In this document: positions 43,301 to 53,270 of the stretch, piece by piece
How the letters are laid out: every line of letters starts with the position of its first letter
Position numbering within the stretch: position 1 is the stretch's first letter
Assembly: GCA_963662625.1 (NCBI GenBank)
Contig: OY759726.1
Span: 1,376,001-1,440,000, forward strand
DNA length: 64,000 nt
Reading direction: 5' to 3'
From: Nitrosopumilus sp.
GTDB taxonomy: Archaea; Thermoproteota; Nitrososphaeria; Nitrososphaerales; Nitrosopumilaceae
Program-made: the position numbers and the translations under genes
The notes under the pieces: model-generated
The model's database searches: none
Seen by the model: the letters and a program-made list of their open reading frames with translations, nothing else
What the model was told of the DNA's origin: nothing

Positions 43301-43621
43301 ATGAGGCCGGACCACTCCGTCGACAGGTACGTCGACAGGCTGCGCAGGGGGGACTCGTGCTTCCACACTTTCATCGACAGGCCTGGCCTGGCGGCGGGCG
43401 TCCTCGTCCTGGCCCCGGGGGAGGATGACCCGCAGGGGCCGCATGACTCCGACGAGGTGTATTTCGTGGTGAGGGGGGACGGCTTCCTGGAGATCGACGG
43501 CAGGGACCACGGGGTGTCCGCGGGCATGGCGTTCTTCGTGGCAGCCGGCGCCCCGCACTCTTTCCACGGGAACTCCGAGGAGCTGGTCGCGGTGTACTTC
43601 TTCGGCGGGCGGGGAGCCTAG
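43301..43621 (+). CDS. Cupin domain protein
   Basis: QGPHDSDEVYFVVRG ... FVAAGAPHSF. Confidence 0.85.
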   Translation: MRPDHSVDRYVDRLRRGDSCFHTFIDRPGLAAGVLVLAPGEDDPQGPHDSDEVYFVVRGDGFLEIDGRDHGVSAGMAFFVAAGAPHSFHGNSEELVAVYFFGGRGA

Positions 43622-43761
43622 CGCCAGGGCCGCGGCCGGCGGTTTCCCGCGGCGGGGCCAGCTACCCGTGCTTTTTCCTCCTGTACATCATCGGCTTTTC
43701 ATCCGGCCCGTCGTCAAACTCGCGGATTATCCTTGGGAACATGGAGGTGTCCTCGGACAAC

Positions 43762-44190
43762 TCATATCCCCCCCGCCCTGTCGGGGCGGAACGCCGGGAC
43801 GCCCGCAAGCCCGCAGGCAGTCAGGAGCATCCTGTCAAACGTCAACAGCACGTAGCTCTTCATCCGGCAAAGTGCCAGGATGACGTTATCGCCCCCGTGG
43901 CACAACCGGTACCGCGAGGTGATGGATTCCGCGGCATCCCTGTGGCTGCCGTCGGTGGGGGACACCTCCACCCTCCTCCCGACGAGCCTCGCTATCCTGG
44001 GTACCACGTAGTCGGCGTCAAGCCCGCGGACCCTCCGCACCTCTTCGAGCACCACGTCGCAGAGGACGATGCAGGCATGCTTGCCGCGGAGCTGGGCCCG
44101 GAGCCTGCCTGCCAGGCCCTTCTTCTCAATCAGGTCGATTACCACGCACGAGTCGAGTGCTATCCGTACTTGCCGTTCCATGGTTGTCAT
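43762..44190 (-). CDS. PIN-domain protein (putative ribonuclease)
   Basis: ALDSCVVID, VVLEEV, GDNVILA, LLTFD acidic tetrad. Confidence 0.8.
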   Translation of the reverse strand: MTTMERQVRIALDSCVVIDLIEKKGLAGRLRAQLRGKHACIVLCDVVLEEVRRVRGLDADYVVPRIARLVGRRVEVSPTDGSHRDAAESITSRYRLCHGGDNVILALCRMKSYVLLTFDRMLLTACGLAGVPAFRPDRAGGI

Positions 44191-44217
44191 GGGCGGCCAA
44201 AATTAATATATAACATC

Positions 44218-44245
44218 ATAATAGTATGCATACTGATTATACTAT
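44218..44245. promoter_or_regulatory. Palindromic operator candidate between the divergent PIN and DUF6293 genes
   Basis: Perfect 12-bp palindrome AGTATGCATACT (44223-44234) with ATAAT/ATTAT flanks; second inverted pair ATAGTAT/ATACTAT. Confidence 0.5.
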
Positions 44246-44246
44246 C

Positions 44247-44987
44247 ATGAGTAAAATGCACCTGCGCATACACGTGGCCCCCGTAGGGTTTGAGATAGAC
44301 CGCATCGTGCTGTCGGCAAAGAAGAGGAGGGCCGACAAGGTGTACCTACTGATGCACAAGAACCCCTCCGAGGACAAGGCGGGCCCCTTTTTGGACAAGA
44401 TCCGATCCCAGCTGAAGAGGGCGAAGATCGAGTCGGACACGGAGTTCCACGACCGCCTCGACCTGTTTGAGATAATCAAGTCGATAAAGCAGATAATAGA
44501 GAGGGAGGCTGGAAACAACGTCTACGTGAACCTCGCCTCGGGTTCCAAGATCCAGGCAATCGCCGGGATGATGGCGTGCATGATGTTCAACGAGCAAAAG
44601 AATGTATTCCCGTTCTACGTCGAGGCGGAGAAGTACCACAGTTCCGACAGGCAGCAGCTGTCGTCGGGCATCAAGGAGCTGATCGATCTCCCCTCGTACG
44701 AGATCCAGAAGCCGGAGCAGAAGCACGTCGAGGCCCTGAGGATAATAGGGGAGAACGGCGGCAGGATGACCAAAAAGCGCATGGCGGAGCTCGCCGACGA
44801 GGGCGGGCTGATCTCGGTGAACGCGGAACGGGAGAACTACTCCCAGGCCCGGTTCGCGAGCCTCGACAAGAACATAATACAGCCCCTGCTCACCCACTGG
44901 AAGTTCATCGAGGAGGAGAAGATCGGGAGGACCCGGTGGATCAAGATGACGCAGGAGGGCAGGAACGCCGCCAAATTCCTGATCTGA
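44247..44987 (+). CDS. DUF6293/HFX_2341-like protein (CARF-like Rossmann domain plus wHTH)
   Basis: IHVAPVGFEIDRIV, ADKVYLL, VYVNLASGSKI, C-terminal winged helix (MTQEGR). Confidence 0.75.
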   Translation: MSKMHLRIHVAPVGFEIDRIVLSAKKRRADKVYLLMHKNPSEDKAGPFLDKIRSQLKRAKIESDTEFHDRLDLFEIIKSIKQIIEREAGNNVYVNLASGSKIQAIAGMMACMMFNEQKNVFPFYVEAEKYHSSDRQQLSSGIKELIDLPSYEIQKPEQKHVEALRIIGENGGRMTKKRMAELADEGGLISVNAERENYSQARFASLDKNIIQPLLTHWKFIEEEKIGRTRWIKMTQEGRNAAKFLI

Positions 44988-45012
44988 TGCGCGTGCCGCA
45001 GCTCCGGCCTTT

Positions 45013-45414
45013 TCAGGAATAGTACGCCTTGAACCCCTTGTCGGTGGGGTATATCTCGACCTTTGGGCCCATGATGCCCTGCTTCTGGCGGACTGCCAGC
45101 ATCCCGTCCTTTTCCAGGTCGCCGAGTATGGCGTCAAGCTCGTCGCTTCCGAGCCCGGTGTTCTTTTGGACGTCCTCAAACGTCTTGAAACCGCGGTTCA
45201 GCGAGCCCAGTACGAGCATCCTCGGCGTGCGCCGGCCCGACTCCGGCGTGGGCTTTTCGTGCTGGTCCTGGGACTGCCGGGGCCTACCTTCCGGGGGACT
45301 ACCGGGGGCCCCGCCCCCGGCCCTCCTCTTGGCCATCGCGCGCTGTATGACGCGCACGAGCGGGATCATCATGAAAATCGCAAGATAAAGCCACACGTAG
45401 TTTGCGTCCATCAC
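45013..45414 (-). CDS. Membrane-anchored winged-helix protein
   Basis: N-terminal hydrophobic helix; TFEDVQKNTGL..ELDAILGDLEKDG...PTDKG. Confidence 0.65.
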   Translation of the reverse strand: MMDANYVWLYLAIFMMIPLVRVIQRAMAKRRAGGGAPGSPPEGRPRQSQDQHEKPTPESGRRTPRMLVLGSLNRGFKTFEDVQKNTGLGSDELDAILGDLEKDGMLAVRQKQGIMGPKVEIYPTDKGFKAYYS

Positions 45415-45759
45415 ATGCCATCCGCGAGTATAAAATAAATCTGTTCACACGGGCCGTGCGCCTGCCGCGTGCGGGGGCGGCATGCATCTTTTGGAACCCG
45501 CATCCCAGGCACCAACGATCTGGGCGCGCGTTACTGCGGCATAACGCGCAGGCCCGGGCATAGATCACTGGGGATCTTGGCGTGCGTGGCTGGCAGCACG
45601 GCGCGCATTTTATGTATATATAAATACTCGTTAGCCGGTTAACAGGGTGATATTCCCCATGCGGTACAAAAATGATGACTGGAAACGCGTTAATGGCCAG
45701 GCGCCCCCCGCTATGCACCGCGGCGGATCTCATCCGCATGCTGGGGAGGTGCGCGGGCC

Positions 45760-48700
45760 ATGTTGAAACCCGCCCCCGGCATTGCGATCGCGGTGATGGC
45801 GGCCGCAGTCATCGCGTCGTCCGCGGTTCTGGCAGTGGCCGGCGACAGCCTGGCATACGCCGACGGCGTCCTCCCGCTCGCGTCCACGGTGGAGATCGAC
45901 GGCACGGCCATAAGCGACCTCGCGGACACGAGCTTCGGCCTCTCGGCCGACGTCATCGGGGACCTTGACGGCAACGGGGTACCAGACATCGCGGTGGGCG
46001 CGCCTAGCGTCCACGGCAGCGCCGGTACCGGCAACCTGTACGTCCTCCTGATGGATCCCGGACCCGTGGTCATCAGCACCATCCAGATCAACGGCGACAC
46101 GCCAAACGTGCCCGCCATGAGGGAGGGAGCCCGCTTTGGAAGCTCGGTGGCGGCGCTGGGAGACCTCGACGGCGACGGCAGCCCGGACGTCGCGGTCGGC
46201 GCGCCCGACCAGCTCATGGGCAGCGTGGGCACCGGCGACCTCTACGTGATCTTCCTCAACCCCGACGCGACAGTGAAACGCACGGTCCTGATCAACGGCT
46301 CCGTCGCCAACGGCCCCTCGCTGGAGGTGGGCGACAACTTTGGCGCGTCGGCGGCCAACATAGGCGACCTCGACGGCGACGGTAACGCCGACGTCGCAGT
46401 AGGCGCCCCCAACAGCTACTACTTCAGCCTGGTGACGGGCGACCTCCACGTACTCTTCCTCAATTCCGACGGCACCGTGAAGCGCACCGCCGAGATAAAC
46501 GGCTCCACGCCCAACGGCCCCGCGATTGAGCCAAGCGACAACTTCGGGGCCTCGGTGGCCGCCACCGGCGACCTGGACTCCGACGGCGTCCCCGACTTTG
46601 CGGTAGGGGCGCCGCGCAACCTGGGCAACACGACCAGCACGGGCAGCCTGTTCCTCATGTTCATGAACCCCGACGGGACGGTAAAGCGCACCGCGGAGGT
46701 CGTCGGCCAGAGGTCAGACGGCTCCCCGCTGGCAAACGGGGACCACTTCGGGGTCTCTGCCACAGGCATGGGCGACATCGACGCCGACGGCACGGCGGAC
46801 ATCGCGGTCGGCGCCACCGGCACCTCTGTCGGCGGCGTCCCCACGGGAACCCTCTACATGGTGCTCCTTAACCCCGACGGCACCGTAAAGCGGGCCGTCG
46901 AGATAAACAGCCAGACGCTCAACGGTCCTTCATCCCTCATACCGTTCGGCTACTTTGGGATATCGGTGACCAACCTGGGCGACCTCAACGGCGACGGCAC
47001 GGCGGACATCGCGGCCGGCACGTTCTCCGACGAGCCGTTCTACCTGATGTACATGGGCCCCGGCGGCACCGTGCTGAGGACGGTCGAGCTGACCAGCACG
47101 TCCATCGGGATACCTTCGGTAGTCCCGGTGAACCACTTTGGGGCCGCCGTCGCCAACCTGGGCGACCTCGACTCTGACGGCGTGGCCGACATGGCCGTCG
47201 GCGCCCCCGGCTCGTTTGCGGGAGGGATAAGCACCGGGGACCTATTCATCCTGTTCATGAACCCAGACGGCACCACAAAGCGCACGGTCCAGATCAACGG
47301 CGAGACGCCAAACGGCCCCCTGCTCGTGGCAAGCGGCAGGTTCGGCACGTCCGTAGAGGCCATGGGCGACATGGACGGCGACGGCGTCACCGAAGTGGCG
47401 GTGGGCTCCCCGCTCAGCTTCGTCGACGGCGTCAACACGGGCACCCTGCACGTGCTCTTCCTGAACCCGGACGGCGCCGTGAAGCGTACCGCCGAGATCA
47501 ACGGCTCCTCCCCCAACGGCCCCCAGCTGACGTGGAACGACCTGTTCGGCTCGTCGGTGGCGAACCTCGGCGACCTTGACGGCGACGGCGTCACCGACAT
47601 GGCCGTCGGCGCCTCCGATCACCACCACTTTGCCACGAGCCCGGGCGACCTGTACATCATGCTCATGAACTCCGACGGCACCGTCAAGAGGACGATGGCG
47701 ATCAACGGCGACACCCCCAACGGCCCGTCGGTCGCCCCGGGAGACCTCTTCGGGATCTCGGCCGAGAACATCGGCGACCTTGACGGCGACGGCGTCATAG
47801 ACCTGGCGGTGGGGGCGACGGGCCACCTTAGCAGCCCCGCCAGCGTCGGGGCAGTGCACATACTGTTCATGAACCCCGACGGCACCGTCAAGCGCACCGC
47901 CGCGATCGACTCCGCGACCCCCAACGGCCCGTCACTCGTACTGGGGGACAAGTTCGGCACGTCCGTGGCGGGCCTGGGAGACCTCGACGGCGACGGCGTC
48001 ACCGAGATCGCGGTAGGGGCGACCGGCAGATTCCTGGGAGGAATCAGCACGGGAGACGTCTACGTGCTATTCATGAATCCCGACGGCACCGTCAAGCGCA
48101 CCGCCGAGATCAACTCCGCGACCCCCAACGGGCCGTCCCTCGTGGAGAGGGGCTACTACGGGTTCTCGGCGGCAAGCATGGGAGACCTCGACGGCGACGG
48201 CACGATAGAGCTGGCAGTGGGCGCGTCGGGCTCCTCCAAGGTGTTCATCTCGTCTGCGTTCACGACCGCCCCGTCCCCAGAAGACCGCTTTGTCACCACT
48301 TGGGAGACCCGGGCCCCAGGCGAGTCCGTCACCGTCCCGGTGGGCGGTGCCGCCGGCAGCTACACGGTAGACTGGGGAGACGGAACGTTCACCACGCACC
48401 GGGGAGACGCAGTGCACGCATACGACTCGCCCGGGACGTACACCGTGCAGGTGTACGGTGACTTTACCAGGATCTACCTGGGAGGCGACCCCGTCAACGC
48501 CGCCAAGCTGCGTTCCATAGAGCAGTGGGGCAGCACCTCGTGGGGCACGATGGAGAGGGCGTTCCAGGGCGCGACCGGCATGGTGTATAACGCCACAGAC
48601 GCCCCGGATCTCTCCCGGGTCACCGACACGTCATTCATGTTCTTCATGGCGTCTGCCTTCAGCGGCGACGTCTCCTCCTGGGACGTCTCCGGCGTCACCG

Positions 48701-50274
48701 ACATGTCGGGCATGTTCGCCTTTGCGTCCTCGTTCAACCAGACCCTGGACTCCTGGGACGTCTCGTCCGTGACCAACATGTCCTCCATGTTCTCAAACAC
48801 GTCCTTCAACCAGCCGCTCAACTCCTGGGACGTCTCGTCCGTGACCAACATGTCCTCCATGTTCACGCGCAACCCCTCGTTCAACCAGCCCTTGGACTCC
48901 TGGGACGTCTCGTCCGTCACGGACGCCTCGTCCATGTTCTCCATAGCCCGATCGTTCAACCAGCCCTTGGACTCCTGGGACGTCTCGTCCCTGACCAACG
49001 CGTCCTTCATGTTCGCCGTCGCCACGTCCTTCAACCAGCCGCTCAACTCCTGGGACGTCTCGAGCGTCACCGACATGTCCGACATGTTCGCAGGCGCCGC
49101 CTTCTTCAACGGCGACGTCTCGGCCTGGGACGTCTCGAGCGTCACCGACATGTCCTTCATGTTTTCTGGCACGGCCATCAACCAGCCCATCGGCTCCTGG
49201 GACGTCTCCTCCGTCACCGACATGTCCTTCATGTTCATCTTTGCCGACTACTTCAACCAGCCGCTCAACTCCTGGGACGTCTCCTCCGTCACCGACATGT
49301 CCGACATGTTCCACTTTGCCTCCTCCTTCGACCAGGACCTGGGGGACTGGTACGTGGTGCCGGCCGACACCATGGTGAACAGCGGCAGTACCATGGTCAC
49401 CACCATAACGGCGCAGAACCCGTTCCTTGACGGCCAGAACCCCGCGTACAGCGTCGCTCCGGGCGGGGACGGGGACCTGTTCGAGGTGTGCGGCAACGTC
49501 CTGATGTCGGCGTCCCCCGAGTACTCCAAGCACTCATACGACATCACCATAGTGTCAGACGGCGGCTTCGCGCCACCCAACTCCGCGGGCGTGACGGTTA
49601 CCGTGGGCGGCGTAGCCGCCAGCAACGCGGGCATGGTGACGGGAACCGTGTTCACGGACTCCAACGGCAACGGCGTGCGCGACGCCGGCGAGCCAGGCGT
49701 CAGGGGCTACACGATGTACGCCATAGACCTGACGAACCCGCAGGTGGTCATGGAAGCGGTCACGTGCTCGGACGGCACGTACTTGTTTGACGGCCTCACG
49801 CCGTCCGAGACCACGCTGGTGCAGACCACGTACTTCCCGTTTGACACCACCATCACCACGGGGCCGTTCTACGCGTACGTGCAGCCTGCAGTCGGCACGC
49901 CGGCTACGTTCGACGTCGGGTTCAGGCCCGTGGCGCCGTCGGAGGCCGTGACGCTCGACGTCACCGCGTACGCCGACTCCAACTCCAACGGCGCGCTTGA
50001 CGAGGGCGAGCCGGCGATACCTGGCGTGACGGTGACCGTGTACACGTACGCCACCAACGAGCTGGACTCCGTGACCACCGGCCGGGACGGCACGGCAAGC
50101 AAGGCCGACATCGCCCCGGCCGACTTCCTGGCGCAGGTGGTGATCCCGCAGGGCTACGCCGCGGCGACGTCGCCGGCAGACCCGTCATCGGGCATCGCGG
50201 GCGCGCTCACCGTGTCCAACCCGGCGCCTGGCTCCAGCGTCTCAATGACGGTGGGCCTGGCCCCGGCTTCGTGA
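45760..50274 (+). CDS. Large secreted surface protein: 12 FG-GAP repeats, PKD-like domain, about 10 DUF285 (BspA-like) repeats, cadherin-like and two SdrD-B-like domains
   Basis: Signal peptide, FG...GDLDGDG..DIAVGAP repeats, VDWGDG, [20 protein letters not shown] repeats. Confidence 0.9.
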   Translation: MLKPAPGIAIAVMAAAVIASSAVLAVAGDSLAYADGVLPLASTVEIDGTAISDLADTSFGLSADVIGDLDGNGVPDIAVGAPSVHGSAGTGNLYVLLMDPGPVVISTIQINGDTPNVPAMREGARFGSSVAALGDLDGDGSPDVAVGAPDQLMGSVGTGDLYVIFLNPDATVKRTVLINGSVANGPSLEVGDNFGASAANIGDLDGDGNADVAVGAPNSYYFSLVTGDLHVLFLNSDGTVKRTAEINGSTPNGPAIEPSDNFGASVAATGDLDSDGVPDFAVGAPRNLGNTTSTGSLFLMFMNPDGTVKRTAEVVGQRSDGSPLANGDHFGVSATGMGDIDADGTADIAVGATGTSVGGVPTGTLYMVLLNPDGTVKRAVEINSQTLNGPSSLIPFGYFGISVTNLGDLNGDGTADIAAGTFSDEPFYLMYMGPGGTVLRTVELTSTSIGIPSVVPVNHFGAAVANLGDLDSDGVADMAVGAPGSFAGGISTGDLFILFMNPDGTTKRTVQINGETPNGPLLVASGRFGTSVEAMGDMDGDGVTEVAVGSPLSFVDGVNTGTLHVLFLNPDGAVKRTAEINGSSPNGPQLTWNDLFGSSVANLGDLDGDGVTDMAVGASDHHHFATSPGDLYIMLMNSDGTVKRTMAINGDTPNGPSVAPGDLFGISAENIGDLDGDGVIDLAVGATGHLSSPASVGAVHILFMNPDGTVKRTAAIDSATPNGPSLVLGDKFGTSVAGLGDLDGDGVTEIAVGATGRFLGGISTGDVYVLFMNPDGTVKRTAEINSATPNGPSLVERGYYGFSAASMGDLDGDGTIELAVGASGSSKVFISSAFTTAPSPEDRFVTTWETRAPGESVTVPVGGAAGSYTVDWGDGTFTTHRGDAVHAYDSPGTYTVQVYGDFTRIYLGGDPVNAAKLRSIEQWGSTSWGTMERAFQGATGMVYNATDAPDLSRVTDTSFMFFMASAFSGDVSSWDVSGVTDMSGMFAFASSFNQTLDSWDVSSVTNMSSMFSNTSFNQPLNSWDVSSVTNMSSMFTRNPSFNQPLDSWDVSSVTDASSMFSIARSFNQPLDSWDVSSLTNASFMFAVATSFNQPLNSWDVSSVTDMSDMFAGAAFFNGDVSAWDVSSVTDMSFMFSGTAINQPIGSWDVSSVTDMSFMFIFADYFNQPLNSWDVSSVTDMSDMFHFASSFDQDLGDWYVVPADTMVNSGSTMVTTITAQNPFLDGQNPAYSVAPGGDGDLFEVCGNVLMSASPEYSKHSYDITIVSDGGFAPPNSAGVTVTVGGVAASNAGMVTGTVFTDSNGNGVRDAGEPGVRGYTMYAIDLTNPQVVMEAVTCSDGTYLFDGLTPSETTLVQTTYFPFDTTITTGPFYAYVQPAVGTPATFDVGFRPVAPSEAVTLDVTAYADSNSNGALDEGEPAIPGVTVTVYTYATNELDSVTTGRDGTASKADIAPADFLAQVVIPQGYAAATSPADPSSGIAGALTVSNPAPGSSVSMTVGLAPAS

Positions 50275-50444
50275 GCGCGGGGCAGTATCCACCATATGGC
50301 CCGCGCGGGCTGATCGCCGACGATCGGCCCGGAGCGCGGCCCCAGTAACCATATGTGTCCCGAAAGAAGCCGGTTTCAGACGGTACCTGCCATAAGCGCG
50401 CCAGGAAGCAAACAAACAGACTGCCTGCCCCGGCAAGGAAGCGC

Positions 50445-51532
50445 ATGAAGGCTTCCGGGGCGGGGAACCAGTGCACGGACGGCTGGGAGTACTTCGTGGG
50501 GACTGGCCTGCACAAGGAATTCATGCAGGTGGCGGTGATGGGTCGGGATGGGGAAGTGGTCTGGAACAGGCGGACAGGGCCCGGGCCGGAGACCGTCAGG
50601 AGGGAGTTCTCCGCGATGCCGGAGAACGCGAGGCACGTCCTGGAATCCTCGTCGGTGTGGTACGGGGCGTGCAGGCTGCTCAGGGACGAGATGGGGCTGG
50701 ACGTGGTGCTCTCCAACCCCCTGGCGACGCGGCCCGTCGCCCAGTCCAAGAAGACCGACAAGGCGGGCGCGGCGGTCCTGGCGGACCTGCTCCGGGGCGG
50801 GTACGTCGCGACGTGCCACGTCCCGGACGGGGAGACCGCGCGGGAGAGGCAGCTGGTGAGGTACCGGGCAAGGATGGTGCGGGAGAGGACGCGCTTCAGG
50901 AACCTGGCGCGCGGGATACTCCTGCAAAGGTGGGCCAGGATCCCCGGGACGCCGTTCTCGCGGGCGTGCGCGCGGGAGCTGCGCGGGCTGGGGGACCGGG
51001 GGACAGGCAAGCGCCCCAGGACCACCGGGTTCCCGGGCGGGGACATCGCCGACTGCGACGCCAGGATCAGGGATGCGGCGGGCGGGAACGGGAACGCCCG
51101 GCTCCCCACCACGATTCCCGGCGTGGGCAACGTCACCGCGCCGGGGCTGGCGCCGGGGACCGGGGACGTATCCAGGTTCGGCGACACGGGCCGCATGGCG
51201 TCTTACTTCGGGCTGGTCCCGTCGGTGAGGAACTCCGCCGGCACCGTGCACCACGGCCGCATGACCAAGGCGGGGGCGCCGCTGGTGCGGCACCTGCCGG
51301 CGGAGGCGGTGATAGCGCGCGTGACCGTGGCGGCCAGGAAGGGGCCGCCCACCCCGATCAGCGCGTTCTGCCACAGGATTGCAGGGAAGCGGGGGGATCC
51401 AAGGCAAGGGTGGCGGCCGCCGCCAAGATGCCGGGGATCGCGTTCTGGATGCTGAAGAAGGGGATTGACTTTGAGACGTGCCTGGTGGAGGGCAGGAAGG
51501 GCACGGCGCGCGGTGAGAGGCGCGGGGCATGA
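50445..51532 (+). pseudogene. IS110-family transposase pseudogene
   Basis: Degenerate motifs GTGLHK (expected GIDLHK), KTDKAGA, TIPGVG, SYFGLVP..RNSAG; frameshift at the G run 51391-51396. Confidence 0.85.
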
Positions 51533-51593
51533 ACGCGGGCTGCATCATGGTTAGGGACTTGTGCGTTCGAACTATGGGATTCGATGCCCGACC

Positions 51594-52919
51594 CAGTAGT
51601 TGAAAATGTACCCCCGCGGGGCGCCGGCCGGCGTGTCTTGGCCCGATCCGTGAACGTTTTGGACAGAAAAACCAACGGGTCAGGCGCACCTGCCATCCAT
51701 CGTGTACCACCAAAACGAACCACGGGGGCACCGGCTTGAGGTGGCGGGCAAGGCGTTTAAAACGTTGCCACGGCTGCTTGGGAAGGCGGGCATCAGGTTC
51801 TCGGGCCGGCACGACGCCGCGTGCGGCACGGCCGGCCCCGTGCGCGTGCCGGTACCGGCGTGCGGGAACCGCTCGTGCGCGTCGGGCGCCGCCGGGGCGC
51901 TCGCCGTGCGCCACGGGCCCCGCCGCGTGCCGTCGTCGGCGTGGTTCCTGTCCAGGACAGGGGGGGCGTGCCGGGACCCCGGCACCATGGAGGGCAGGTG
52001 CAGGGACGCCCTGCGCTCCACGGTGCGCGGGGCCCGTCGCGCCGGGATCATCGTGGGGGGGGGGGCGTCCCACGCCGTGGCCCCGGCCTGCCGCCCGATG
52101 CCCAGGCACGGCAGGAACCCCGCCACCGGGGGGGAGCAGCTGGTGCGCGCGAGGCACGGGAACGGGACGCCGCGCTCCGAGGGGCACGCCGCCGCCAAGG
52201 TGGCGGGCGGGCCGGGGCCGGACCCGGCGCGCGGGCCCAAGAAGGGGAGCAGGGGGGCCGGAATCGTGCGCGGGCTGCCGCGTGACTGCGCTGGCGCGGG
52301 CGTCCGCCCGGGGCCGGTCCTGCCGGGCCGGGGCTTCTTCCCGGCAGGGGCCGTCGGGGAGCTGTCCGGGCCGGGCCACGGGCTCACCATGCCCGCGTCG
52401 CGGACGGCCGGCGCGAAGGGGGCCGTGGGGGAGCACGCGCGCGGGGAGAGGGCCGCGGCGTCCCCGCACGCCCGGCGCCCCGGGACGGGAGGGCCAGGGA
52501 GCCGTCCGCCCTGGCGATGGTCCCGAAGGAGGGCGGGGACGGGCGGGGCCCGGGGGACGCGCAGGAGGGGCACCTGGCGTACGCCACCAACGCCGGCGCC
52601 GGCAGGGCGGTCCGAGCCGCCGACGTCCCCGACGGGCACGGGAAGGGGCGGGGCACGGGGACGCTGAGAAGGCCGGGTCCAGGACCACCGGCACGAACCC
52701 CTCAGTCAGGACGTTCATGTTCTTCATGGCGCTGGTCATGCACGACCCGTGGATGATCTCGGCGGAATGGTCCGCCGGGCGGTGCGGGAGGCGCGGCACC
52801 GCCCCGGTCCGGCTGGCGATCATGCTGGAGTACGTGGCGAGGCTGGCCGCGTGCGCGGCGTATGGCGGCCGGGCCTGGCCCAACCAGGCGTCTGCCGGCT
52901 AGTACATTTTCAAGTACTG
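51594..52919 (+). mobile_element. Degenerate ISH3-family IS with pseudogenised transposase
   Basis: TIRs CAGTAGTTGAAAATGTAC and CAGTACTTGAAAATGTAC (17/18); internal frames align with the 3558-4688 transposase (PSSAWF, NGT, PVLPGRGFF, LTMPA, AYATN); no exact target duplication. Confidence 0.85.
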
Positions 52920-53270
52920 GGCCCACCACGCCGGCACGTGTCAGGCCTGCCACCTCACTGGCAGCCACGGCGCCGGACGGCGGGAGGCTCTCGTGGAATG
53001 GCCTCCTTGCGCTTCAGCGCGGCGTTCTGCCCTGCCGTGGCTTGGGAGGGGCAGGATCAAAGCGTAGCGATCTAGATTTGTGGATTATTTGCGTAAATTT
53101 GCCTGATCACGTGCCGTCCGACGCTAGTCTACATATAAATATGAGGATTAATCATGTCTAACGAGACTAATGATTTGTAATTGCATTGGTGTACACGAGC
53201 GATCATGTGATCCATTGCGCGTCATGGCGTTTTGCACAAATTTTTATCCGCGTAGGGGCATGTGTCTGTC

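Noticed and set aside
50376-52883. 835-aa minus-strand ORF and other long Arg/Pro/Gly-rich ORFs
   Set aside because: Artefacts of very high GC and stop-codon scarcity in IS remnants and antisense frames.
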